Below, in pieces: positions 20,980 to 32,013 of a stretch of DNA of 64,000 bases; the first letter of the stretch is position 1, and each line of letters begins with the position of its first letter. The translations under genes and the position numbers were made by a program. The notes under the pieces were generated by a model that was given only the letters and a program-made list of their open reading frames with translations, did no database searches and was not told the origin of the DNA. The DNA comes from Naegleria gruberi (taxonomy: Eukaryota): the NCBI GenBank assembly GCA_000004985.1, contig GG738857.1, one strand, 5' to 3'.

Positions 20980-22727
20980 ATGGTCATTATTTCTGTCAGT
21001 GTTATTTCAAAGGCTGGCAAGCCTCTCATCGCTAGACAATTCCGTGATATTAGCAGAGTTAGATTGGAGGGTTTGTTGAGTGCTTTCCCAAAATTGATGG
21101 ATCCAAAGTCCCAACACACCTTTGTTGAAACAGACTCTGTTAGATATGTATATCAATCATTGGATCAATTATTCCTCGTTTTGATCACTACAAAAACTAG
21201 TAATATTGTTGAAGATTTGGAAACTTTACAATTATTCTCTAGAATTGTATGTAAGATATTATTTATACAACAAACAACAACAACATTGATTAACTTTCAA
21301 TTTATTTGCGGAATTAGATTAAAGATATTTGTTTCTCCAATCAAAGAAACTCTGGAACAGGTATTGGTGAAGAAATTATTAGTGAAAATGCTTTCGATTT
21401 AATGTTTGCTTTTGATGAAATTGTATCATTAGGTTATAGAGAATCTGTATCATTGGGTCAAGTTAAAGATATTCTTAAAATGGATTCACAAGAAGAAAAT
21501 CTCCAAGAAGCTATCAAACAAAGACAAATCGAAAATGCCCAATCACATGCTACAATGAAGGCAACAGAAATTGCTATGCAAATTGCAAATAATGGAGGAA
21601 TTCGTACTGGTGGTATTTCAAGTGCAGATAGAGGTATCGGTTCAAGTGGAGGTTCAAGACCAACAGATGTTTATGTTCCACCATCAAATCAAGGAAAGTA
21701 TTCTGGTATTGGATCAGGATCTCGTGAAACATCCTCTAATGTTACTTCATCTTCGTCATCATCATCAGGAGGCTTACCAGCACAAAATACATCCGATAGA
21801 AAACTTAAGGAACAATCTAAACCAAGCAGTCTTAAACAAATGATTTTGAACAGACCAAATAGTAAGAAAGGTTCTCATTCTTTATTGAATGATCTTGTTT
21901 CTAAGGGAGATATTACTCCAACTATTGCTGAAAATACATCAGTACCAGTTTCAACAAAGATTGAATCTGTTGCTGAACAACAAAAGAAAGTTAAGGTTGA
22001 AGATATTCACTTACAAGTTAAGGAAACTTTACAAGTTGAAACAAATAGAGAAGGTGGATTAAATAGTTTGGATGTTAAGGGTGAAATGCACTTGGCAATT
22101 AACGAAACTGGAAACGGTTTTATCAAAGTTAGACTTGTAAATGATTTGAAGGATGGTTTTGTTTCTAAAATACATCCAAATATTGATAAGAAGGAATTTA
22201 GTGATCAACGTACTCTTGCTTTGAAGAGAACTGATAAACCATTCCCAACAGGTAATCCTCTCAAGATTTTAACATGGCGTTCACAAGGAAACTTTGATGA
22301 ATCTGTTTTACCTTTTACTGTAAATTGTTGGCCAAACCCTTCTGGTGGTGAAACTACAGTCAGTATCGAATATAATTTGCAAGACACCAGTGCAGAACTC
22401 CAAAATGTAACAATTTCTGTACCAATTCCAACAAAGGAAGTATCAGTTGAAAGTGCTGATGTTGGTACTTATAGAGTTGATCAAAAGAATGGAAAGTTCA
22501 TTTGGTCATTCGATTTAATTGATTCTTCATGTGCTAGTGGTAGCATTGAATTTGTAATTAATGAGAGAGCTGATGAATCAAGCTTCTTCCCTGTTGATGT
22601 TTCATTCACCTCTGAATACTCAATGTCAGGAACTGAAATTAGAGATGTTTTATCTGTAACTGATTCTTCTGAACAACGATATTCTGTAGAGAAATCTTTG
22701 ACTGTTGCTGAATATAAGATTGTTTAA
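20980..22727 (+). CDS. copD: coatomer subunit delta (COPI), 2 exons
   Basis: Exon 1 is 20980..21250 with a GTAAGA donor at 21251. A 110-nt intron ends acAG at 21360. Exon 2 is 21361..22727. The N-terminal longin domain ([65 protein letters not shown]) and the C-terminal mu-homology domain (..[20 protein letters not shown]..) match delta-COP/ARCN1. Confidence 0.85.
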
Positions 22728-22844
22728 ATGTTATGAAATTTTGAATAAATTAATGTAATCTCTGTAAAAATCTATTTCGCAGTTTTATCAATTCTCCTTT
22801 TTTATGCTCAACAATCACTCCTCAATACTCAAACAAGATAAAAA

Positions 22845-23318
22845 ATGACTCAAAACGATCATCTAGCAGCAACTTCACTCCAATCATTCAATGAAATTAT
22901 CGGAAATGATCAATTAGTAGTTGTGGACTATAAAGCAGTGTGGTGCCCTCCTTGTCAGGCTTCAAAACCACTCTTCCATAAACTTGCAGCTTCTAAACAA
23001 TATGAAAATGTAAAATTCCTAGTTGTGGATGTTGATGAACAAGGCGAAATAGCTCATCAAGAAGGAATTAGTGCCATGCCAACATTCAAAATATATAGAA
23101 ATGGTAAATTATTAGATACAATGGTTGGAGCCAATTTATATGGAGTAGAATCTTTAATAATCAAACATTTGGGACTTCCTCAAAACGTTGAAAGAGTTCT
23201 CACTGATGAAGATTTCAAACAAATGAGAGGATCTCCACTCAAAAATCCAATTGTTATTGTCATATTATTCATTGCTTGTTTTTACCTGATTAAATTCCTT
23301 GTTAGTAAATTACAATAA
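22845..23318 (+). CDS. thioredoxin-fold protein with WCPPC active site and C-terminal TM tail anchor
   Basis: 157 aa. Thioredoxin signature VVVDYKAVWCPPCQASKPLFHKL..FLVVDVDE..AMPTFKIY. C-terminal hydrophobic segment IVIVILFIACFYLIKFLV. Confidence 0.6.
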   Translation: MTQNDHLAATSLQSFNEIIGNDQLVVVDYKAVWCPPCQASKPLFHKLAASKQYENVKFLVVDVDEQGEIAHQEGISAMPTFKIYRNGKLLDTMVGANLYGVESLIIKHLGLPQNVERVLTDEDFKQMRGSPLKNPIVIVILFIACFYLIKFLVSKLQ

Positions 23319-23440
23319 AACAATTTTAAATATTGTTCATCATCATATTAAAAAATAGCTAATAGGAAGAAACAAAATCACGGATTGGTGAACATTGTGT
23401 ACATAATTATAAATAAGAATAGTTTAAGAGAGAAAGTAAA

Positions 23441-24250
23441 ATGTTCATAAAAAAAGGCTTTGTTAATCATAAGAGAATTAGCAAGTTTGGTGGCCAAACC
23501 AGAACATTGAACGGAAATATTAAAACAATAATAGGAATGTTAGGAAATAATAATCCATCATCAATTAATTATTTGGAAAATAATTTATCAGCAACAAGAC
23601 AATTTTCGAAAAGTAATAATTTAAAATCTACTACTTCTCCTTCCAGTGATGCTGCTGATGATTCATATTTCAATATTTCAGTTCAAATTAATCAGGATGG
23701 TATTCTGTTTAAGGAATATCCATTTGCACTGAGTAGTGTAGGAAGAGGAAATTCAATTGTTCCATTTCAAGCAATTCGTGAATTTATTCTTGATGATTCA
23801 AATCATGCAGAGATTAGAACACATAATAATGAAATTCTCTTTATGAGATGTGATTTTAATATTGAGGATTTGAAAAAAACAAACATTCCAATATATACAA
23901 GGCAGTCTATTGATCTGTGGTCAGATATTACTGAACCGTTCTTGGATTCGAGCGTTCCTCAGGTTGAAGAGAAAGTGGAACAATTAATTTCTAGATATTC
24001 AATTTCTAGAGAGGAATGTGAAAAATTATATTCAATTATTTCAGAGCCAGTGTTTGCCTACAATTTTGAAACCATGCTATGGGAATATGTTTCTTTGGAT
24101 TTGGTTGATGTATTGTCATCTTTGGATAAAAATTGTCCTCTCTCTCAAAAACCATTATCAGAAGAGAAATTTAAAGAGTTTTACAATTATGCCAATAATT
24201 TTACACTGAAATACGAAAATAGAAATGATTTTACAAAGTATACGGAATAA
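23441..24250 (+). CDS. hypothetical protein
   Basis: 269-aa ORF with ATG at 23441 (aaaATGttc). No family recognised. Its last ~33 codons plus 3' flank are duplicated at 25421..25582. Confidence 0.4.
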   Translation: MFIKKGFVNHKRISKFGGQTRTLNGNIKTIIGMLGNNNPSSINYLENNLSATRQFSKSNNLKSTTSPSSDAADDSYFNISVQINQDGILFKEYPFALSSVGRGNSIVPFQAIREFILDDSNHAEIRTHNNEILFMRCDFNIEDLKKTNIPIYTRQSIDLWSDITEPFLDSSVPQVEEKVEQLISRYSISREECEKLYSIISEPVFAYNFETMLWEYVSLDLVDVLSSLDKNCPLSQKPLSEEKFKEFYNYANNFTLKYENRNDFTKYTE

Positions 24251-24305
24251 TTTTGGATCAATGATAAAGGAATTTATGACCGAATTAGATGCTTATTTGT
24301 TTTTA
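24142..24305 (+). repeat. direct repeat copy 1 (~160 bp; second copy at 25421..25582)
   Basis: ctctcaaaaaccattatcagaagagaaatttaaagagttttacaattatgccaataatttta..ggaataattttggat.aatgataaaggaatttatga is present twice in direct orientation, 1.28 kb apart. Copy 2 carries small deletions. Confidence 0.6.
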
Positions 24306-24417
24306 TTATTATTTAATATATAAGTGAATGGAACCAATTAACAAATCTTAATATTAGTGGTAATTGGATTTGTATTATTTATGGTGAGGTTGGGTGTGTC
24401 TTGATAAGGGTCGTAAT

Positions 24418-25364
24418 TATGACAATCTTCCCTCAGGAATGTCATAACACCACCCAGTTCAGTTTTGAACCCAGTAAAGAACAGTGTAAAAAAATGGAAC
24501 AACATAATTCATCAATTATTTTGTCTGATGATATTGTTAATGAAATTCTATCTTTCTTTGATGATTTTAAATTTCTAATCATGAATTGTTCATTAATTTC
24601 TAAACAGTGGTATAATATTATATTATCAACATGTTATCATCTTTCGTGTAAATGTAATAACAAACTTGAATTGAATGGAGAATTTTTACAAAATATTTCA
24701 TCATTAGAAATTGTTAAAGTTACATTGTTTGGTGATTTAAAATTAATTTGTCAATTGAAACAATTAATAAGACTCAATATTTCTAATAATAACATTGATA
24801 GTGAAGACGCTAAATATCAGTGGTCAATTAAAACAATTAACTAGTCTTGATATTTCTAGCAATGCTATTGGTAATGAAGGTGCCCAATATATAAGTGAAT
24901 TGAAACAATTAACATATCTTAATATTAATTGTGCATGGATTGATATTGAAGGAGTTAAATATATTAGTAGTCAATTAAAACAATTAAACCATCTTGATAT
25001 CAGTTATAATAATATTGGTATTGAAGGAGCTAAATATATTAGTGAATTGAAACAATTAACAAATCTTAATATTTCTGATAATAGTATTGGTATTGATGGT
25101 GCTCAATACATTGGAGAATTGAAACAATTAACATATCTTAATATTGGTTCTAATAATATTAGTGATGAGGGTGTTAAATATTTTAAAGAATTAAAACAAT
25201 TAACTCATCTTAATATTTCTGACAATAATATTAGTGATGAGGGAGTAAAACATTTTAAGGAATTAAAACAATTGACACATCTTGATATTCGAAAAAATAA
25301 TATTGGTGATGAAGGCATTGAATATTTGTTTCAATTAAAACAATTGACCAAACTTGAAATTTAA
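24418..25364 (+). CDS. F-box-like + 24-aa-periodicity LRR protein, apparent 2-bp frameshift (possible pseudogene or sequence error)
   Basis: F-box-like N-terminus (ILSDDIVNEILSFFDDFKFLIMNCSLISKQWYNIIL). Tandem units LKQLTxLNISxNNIxxEGxKYIxE continue from ORF 24401..24844 into ORF 24795..25364 in another frame. At ~24818 the sequence reads gctaaatatcagtgg where the repeat consensus predicts gctaaatatATcagtgg. Confidence 0.45.
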
Positions 25365-25420
25365 TAAAATCTATTTTGAGAGTTTTGTAAGATCATTTTC
25401 ATTCTTGCAACACCAATGTT

Positions 25421-25582
25421 CTCTCAAAAACCATTATCAGAAGAGAAATTTAAAGAGTTTTACAATTATGCCAATAATTTTACCCTGAAATATGAAATGA
25501 TTTTATAAAGTATACGGAATAATTTTGGATTAATGATAAAGGAATTTATGAAATCTAATTAGATACTTATTTGTTTTATTAG
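25421..25582 (+). repeat. direct repeat copy 2 (degenerate copy of 24142..24305)
   Basis: See copy 1. It starts 57 bp after the LRR gene stop and abuts the 3' end of the minus-strand EF-hand/fascin-like gene. Confidence 0.6.
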
Positions 25583-25586
25583 AAAT

Positions 25587-26546
25587 CTATGGACTTGATC
25601 CAATAATTTGCATTGTCCAAGATTCGTTTGTTCCAATTGAGCTTGCAAATGAAACATTTCCAGAAGCATCAGCAGAAAGATACTGACCTGTCCATGATTT
25701 GAAAGCATAACCACCAACAGCAGGAACAGCTTCAAACTTTTCCCAAGGACCAATTGCAGTTCTATTATCAGCAATGGTATTATTCTGTTCGCAACACAAA
25801 TAAGTATTCCAATAGGTTTTAAAGGCACGAAGGAAACCATTTCCCCAATCGCTGTTATTGTAAAATGTGAAAGTTTCCCAAATACTTGCAACTGGACGAT
25901 TGGCAACAACTTTACCATTCTCAGAACACAAGTACATTCCATTCGATGCCTTCAAGTAGATGATTAACCAGACTTCAATACCACGTGGAACTCTTTGGAA
26001 AGCATTTTGAGTGATGAATGAGGAAGTGACCTTTGCAGATCTTTGATTATTAAAGAGAGTGTTAAAGTCAACTGTGATTAACTTGGATTGAATGTTGTGT
26101 AAATGATCTCTCTTGTCAACACCAGTTGTAATTGGACCTTGATAATCGATGTGAACATGATTCAAACCACCACTCTTGATAAAGAGATAAGCATTGACGT
26201 AGTTTTTAATACTGACAACCTTGAGACGTTCTTGGTCAACTAAGATTAACATATGCCTAAGATTTTGATTATTATAACAATATATGTGAAAACTTACTTT
26301 GCTTCGTACTTGTTAATACCCAATCTCTTCATTGCCTTCTTGAATTCTCTTCTTCTCAAGAACCCATTACGATCCAAGTCAACTTGATAATAGGCATTCT
26401 CTGCTTCTTGTGTTAATTGTTGAACTTGATTCATCATTTCAGATGGCTTTAATAATTAGAAAGCGAGACAACAACGGCTAATAACTTACAATTTGGAAAC
26501 CTTCAGGTAACCACTTTGGTTGAGCGTCTTGAACCCAGAATTGCAT
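25587..26546 (-). CDS. EF-hand + fascin-like (beta-trefoil) domain protein, 3 exons
   Basis: Exon 1 is 26546..26490 (MQFWVQDAQPKWLPEGFQI) with a GTAAGT donor. A 43-nt intron follows. Exon 2 is 26446..26298 and carries the EF-hand loop DLDRNGFLRRREF, with a GTAAGT donor. A 41-nt intron follows. Exon 3 is 26256..25587 (..ASNGMYLCSENGKVVANRPVASIWETFTF..GQYLSADASGNVSFAS..WTMQI). Phases are checked through both junctions. Confidence 0.55.
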
Positions 26547-27359
26547 GTTTAGTTTTGTTTGTTTTTTTATTGTGTGAGAAAGTGCACCGATTTATTTTGT
26601 CAGCTCGAAACATTACAACAAGGAAAATGTGACTCTTGGAGGGTTTCTCTCATCAATTTCCATTTCTTGTTGAGGAAAAGAAACGAAAGGTTCGTGAAAT
26701 TGGCAGTTTTCTGTTTTTGATTGTTGCCATAAAATTATTTTTCTCACAATTTTAGAATTTAATGAGACTTTACAGTAAATGACAAGCATTAGACAAGTAA
26801 ACGAACTGTTTGGCTTACTCAATCAAAAATCTCACTACTACGAATTTATCAGTACTTCTCTGAATTGTTTGCATGATCATCTTCCTCACATCATCGCTCA
26901 GAATTGTGAATGTTTCAAATTGTGATGATCTGAAGAAAAACCAGGAATAAAGTCAGTGTCAAGATATTTCCATGATTGAGATTTGAACGGATAAGCCATA
27001 CTACGAGACATGTCATCCTCTGGTAAGGAAACCTTAATATTGAGTTTTTTCAAACTGGAAAAGAGTTGATTCTTGCACAATTTGAATGCCGTAAAAATTG
27101 TCATTCCACAAGTTTCTTCCAAATGTTTTTTCACTATTCAAAAAAACAAATTAACTCTTAATGATAACCTGTAGAAAGAATTGAACAAGGATCAACTAAT
27201 CATGGTCAATGAAACCAATAATCAGTATGCAGTTAAATTATATGATGAAACTGATCAATTTATGATTTGATATCTAAAGAAGAGAAATCATTACATTTGA
27301 GTTTCGAACCATTATTCGAAACCGATTCTTGATTCGAATAGAAAACATCATTAAAAAAA

Positions 27360-29279
27360 ATGGATTCACCCAACCATCCACTCAACAGAAGAGAAACCAT
27401 CCTTCAAAAATTAAATCAATCTTTCCATCGTCAATCCAACGACAATAACTCTCAAGTCATTACACTAAATGTTGGAGGTTTCTTATATACAACATTTAAG
27501 GAAACACTATCAAGGAAAATCAATGGAAAAGATCACTTGTTATCCATCATGTTTTCCGAAACTTGTTTAAATTTTGATTTTTCCAAAGATGAACGTGGAA
27601 ATATTTTCATTGATCGGAATGGAAAAGTATTTTCATATGTTTTGGATTATTTGAGAGCAGAGGGAAATATTGACAAATTTTCACTTCCTTTTAATGATGT
27701 TTGTTTGATGGAACAATTGGAGATGGAAGTTGAGTATTTTAGTTTAATTGATTTGTCAATCTTGTTGAGAGGAAGAAGAAAGTGTTTTAAAATTGAGAAG
27801 AAAAAGTATACGAAAAGTAAAACACCCACCAATGCTACTATTACTCCTTTTGATAATATTATCGGAGGAGGAAGTAGTAGTAGTGGTGTTGGAAGTGGTG
27901 GTGTTGGAGCTATCGGAAGTGTTATTGATAATGATAATGATGATGATGATAAGGAATTGGATGAAGATGATGCCGATGAATACTCATCAAGTGTTTTATT
28001 GGATGATGAAAGTGAAATTGATTTGGATTTTGAATCAAATAATGAAACAGTTGGTAGCACTATTATAACGACAAGATTTATTGAAAGAGGATTATCAGTT
28101 ATTGATCATTCAAGTGATGACGATGATGAATTTGAGAGGAAGAGAGCTCCACATAGTGCCACTACTCCAATTATAGGCAATGATGGGAATGATTGTGATG
28201 ATGAAGAAAATGATGAAGTGAATGAGGATGAAGATTCAGTTTCAACATTTGATGCTGCTATTAAAAGTGTTAATACTCAGGCAATTCCAACATTGGTCAT
28301 TAATCAAACATTGAAACCTCCTTCTCCTTCAATTGCTAAACAAAAAAGTCATAAGAGAACTAAGTCAACCTCACTTTTTCATTCCTATCATAATATCAAA
28401 CATAGAATTTGTAATGAGAAGGGAGAACCTGTGATTGGTTATTCAGAAGATGCTAGTGTTTGTTATATTTTCCCTAATTTATCTAGATATTATTATCCAA
28501 TTATTTGTAAACAACCTATTCAATTGAGAGGAATTGATAGAAGATTTGCTAAGAGTCATAATTATTTTGAGATTACAATTAGAAGTGATTTGGAAGACAG
28601 AATTGACTATGTTAATTATAATATTCCAGGTATTGTTGTTGCAATAATGACAAATAATCAAATCAAGACAATTAAGCAGCACCACAAAAAGGATTTACCA
28701 ATAGATCTTAAAAAAGAAACAGTGGTATGTAATTTTTGGAATCATTTCAATTGAAATTTACCTTAATTTAGACTAATTTCAATCTAAAGAATGGAAGTTA
28801 TTATAGCAATGAAGATGGAAAACAAATAATTGGTAAGTATTATAATCATTTAATGATGTTTATAATTTTTTAAAGCTATTCGAAGATATCTAGTAAGTAA
28901 ATGATATTGAAGTTAATATTAATTTTGACAATAATAGTGTGGAGATAGAGTTGGAGTTCACGTTGATACCACTACCAAGCTCATTACGTTTTATTACAAT
29001 GATAATGTCCTTTTCACATCTCAATTTCAATATGATGATCTAGTGTTGAGTGGTTCTAGGTTATATTTTGTGGTATTGGTCAAATCCATGTATGGAGTTG
29101 TGCCATCTTTCATTCATTTAAGAAGTCATGCTCAACATCCATTCAAATACACTTCACAACTCGAAGACAATGATTCAAAAAAGTTCAAATTACTGACGAA
29201 ACGTTTAGGAGACATTCTCTCAGTCATGAATCCAGAAACTGAACCAGCAGTCACAGCAAGCACAAGGAAAATCAAATAA
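27360..29279 (+). CDS. KCTD-type BTB (T1) domain + acidic linker + SPRY domain protein, 4 exons
   Basis: Exon 1 is 27360..28724 with the BTB/T1 domain (ITLNVGGFLYTTFKETLSRK..IFIDRNGKVFSYVLDYLRAEG). GTATGT 47-nt intron. Exon 2 is 28772..28832. GTAAGT 43-nt intron. A 17-nt micro-exon is at 28876..28892. GTAAGT 45-nt intron. Exon 4 is 28938..29279 with the SPRY C-terminal motif CGDRVGVHVDTTTKLITFYYNDNVLF..LYFVVLV. Only this path keeps the frame into the last exon. Confidence 0.55.
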
Positions 29280-29424
29280 AAAAGTTAATTCCAACTAGTC
29301 CATTTAAATAAATTACTTTACAATCATGAAACTCTTGTAAAATTTAGATTTACATTTCCAAGTTCTTTACTGCTGGTGAACCTTTAAGAAAAAGGAAAAG
29401 TTCATCTTTAAAAAAAAGAAAAAA

Positions 29425-31981
29425 ATGGGCAACAAGCAAACAGCAGGAAGTAATTCGCTTTCTGGTTCGATCGGAAGTAGTAGAATAGCTGTTGATGTTG
29501 ATCAACATCATTTGGAAGAATCAATAACATCATTTGTTGCTGATAATTACGATCCGAATGCTGAGGAAGAATATGGCATGGAGGATGTACAAGTCGAAGA
29601 GATGAGATTGGCTGTAGAGGGGAAGATTGCAACAGCTCCATTTGAAATTGGGCAATGGGTTAAAGAAGTTTTAGAATATTCATCACAATATTCGCCAAGT
29701 TGGACTGCTACCAATATTATTGGTGAGTCTAATTCTTTTCCAAAAGTAAGTATTTGCTAGAAGCTAGGGAGATCAACACAAATAGTATGGAGATATGACC
29801 ACGTGTTGGGCTCCACAATCTGCAAGTGGTTCTCATGAACATTTAATTGTTGAATTTGATAATTATGCTCTGATTGGAGGTTTACATATTTATGAAACAT
29901 ATAATTGTGGTGCTATTGTTAAGATTTCATGTCTTCCAGCAGGTAAATCGTATAGTATTGAAGAAGTTGACTCTGGTCAGGTTGATAATGATGGAAATTC
30001 TATTAGAAAGAATCAAGTAACTTCCAAACCTGAAGATTGGATTGTATTATATCAAGGTAATCCACAACAGTCAAGTCTTGCTAAGGAATCAAGAATTTTC
30101 GTTCCTCCAATTAAGAAATATTGTTGTGTTACAAAGATTATCAAAATTGAAATGGACACAACTGACAGTGAATCTTGGAGTGAAATTGATGCTATTAGAA
30201 TGTTTGGTATCATTTGTGATTCGGAAGTTGTTGATGCTATGGCACCAGTTTCAACAGCAGTTCATCATCAAAGTAAGGAATATGTTGAGGATTTAAAGAC
30301 ACTATTTATTAATGAACCATCAACTGATTGTGTCTCACTCAAGCTCCCAATCAAAAAGAAGATGCTTGCATCAACTCCAGAAAACCCATTGTATATTGTA
30401 TCACCAAAATTGTATTATGTTCATGAATTTTTATTGAGATATAGATTCCACAATTCTAGCATACTCGATAAGTACATTGTAAAGAGTGAGGATGAAATTA
30501 CGGACATGTCACCAAGTTCAAATTCATTCTCCATCACAGAGTCAGCAGCAAATAGCATTATTAATTATCTCTATTCTGGATCACTATTCCTTTCTCCATC
30601 CATGTTTAAAGAAAGTGAAGAAAATGATTATACTTCCTCTGAAGATTTCGTTAGAGAAATATTACAAATTTCAAATGCATTTGGAATTGAAACTTTGAAG
30701 GAAGCTTGTACTCAAACTATTGAAATTTCATCATTGATTGATGAAAAATTCAGACAACATGTAACAATATCCATTTTCAACCAACTTGCTTCCACCCTCT
30801 CTGTCAATGATTTATATGAGGATATGAGAGCTGTATTTGAAGAGGCTTGCACAAAAGGTGAAAATTATGATAGAAGAGCTGCTCCTGATATCAAGATCGT
30901 ATTTTCATTGTCAGGTGAGGATGATCCTTTGACTCCATCGAGTAGACCATGTATTTATACTCACTCTTCCATTCTTAAGGCAAGGTGTGCTTATTTTAAG
31001 GTAAGTTTTTGAAAATATGAAGATTAACAAATGTAAAAGACAATGTTCAATTGGGGAAATGTTACTGAGAACCCTTTCAGATTCTCTTCTGATAACATCA
31101 ATGAAATCGATATTCCAGATGTGAAATATGAAATTTTCTTAAAGATGATCAAGTTTATCTATTGTGGAATCCTTGAAAAGGGAGAAATTACACCAGAAGA
31201 AGCCATTCCACTCTACGTTGCACAAAATCAATATTTACTTGATTCTTCTGTGAGTGCATCAGTCATCAAGGAGAATTTATCTGAAACTAATGTAATGGAA
31301 ATCCTAGGATTGGCCGTTCAATTCTCATATCAAGAAATTTCTGAATTCTGTACCAACTATTTAATGAAGAATATTGAACGTGTTTATGTGGATGTTAGAA
31401 ACAGATTCAGAGAGGAGAGAGATAATGGAACATTGAATGATGATCCAATCTATCAACATTTGAAAGAAACTAGTTACATCTGGGATTTGATAATTAATAA
31501 TGATAATTTGCACTATACATCCCAGTGGGCTTATAGATTAATTGGTTTCTCATCAGAATATAACGGTTGGCCAGCAACTAATGTTATCGGCCCTTCGAAC
31601 ACCTACCCAGATTATGGCGATATTAAAACAGCTTGGGCTCCAAAACCATCAAAGAACTCTAAGGAATTTTTGGAATTGGAATTCTATAACCCAACATTCA
31701 TTACTGAAATTCGTGTTTATGAGACATATAACCCAGGTGCTCTTGTTATGGTAACTGCTGTCACAGAATCTCAAAAGGAACAAGATGTAATCTTTGAACA
31801 TGAACCAGTTGCTCACCTCCTTCCTGCACAATCAAGAATCAATGTCATTCCAATATCTGATCCAAAGAATGTCATGCAAAGAAAGTACAAATACTTACGT
31901 CTCGATATAGATACATCGAAGAATTATAGTTGGTATGAAATTGATGCCGTTTTGTTGTGTGGATTCATAGAAAAGAAATAA
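29425..31981 (+). CDS. N-myristoylation-motif protein with two BTB domains flanked by two discoidin/galactose-binding-like domains, 3 exons
   Basis: Exon 1 is 29425..29745 (MGNKQTAGS..), then a GTAAGT 40-nt intron. Exon 2 is 29786..31000, then a GTAAGT 39-nt intron. Exon 3 is 31040..31981. The second BTB spans the intron (..CIYTHSSILKARCAYFK|TMFNWG..IKFIYCG). A ~130-aa domain occurs twice, with the motif W(T/P)ATN(I/V)IG.SN..P.YGD...(C/A)WAP......E(H/F)L..EF.......I.(I/V)YETYN(C/P)GA(I/L)V. Confidence 0.6.
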
Positions 31982-32013
31982 CGATAAACACTAAATTTAT
32001 ATAATTTCTAAAT

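Noticed and set aside
24795-25364. Independent LRR gene starting at 24795
   Set aside because: Same 72-nt repeat array as 24418..24844 shifted by a 2-bp gap. Treated as one frameshifted gene.
26898-27134. 78-aa minus-strand ORF
   Set aside because: Its tracked start is GTG. From the first ATG it is 68 aa, uses codons rare in this genome (acg, ccg, cgt), and has no motif. It may be a 5' UTR or an unresolved small gene.
27647-28068. Overlapping ORFs on both strands in 27650-28070
   Set aside because: Artefacts of the (GAT/GAA)n acidic low-complexity region of the BTB-SPRY gene.
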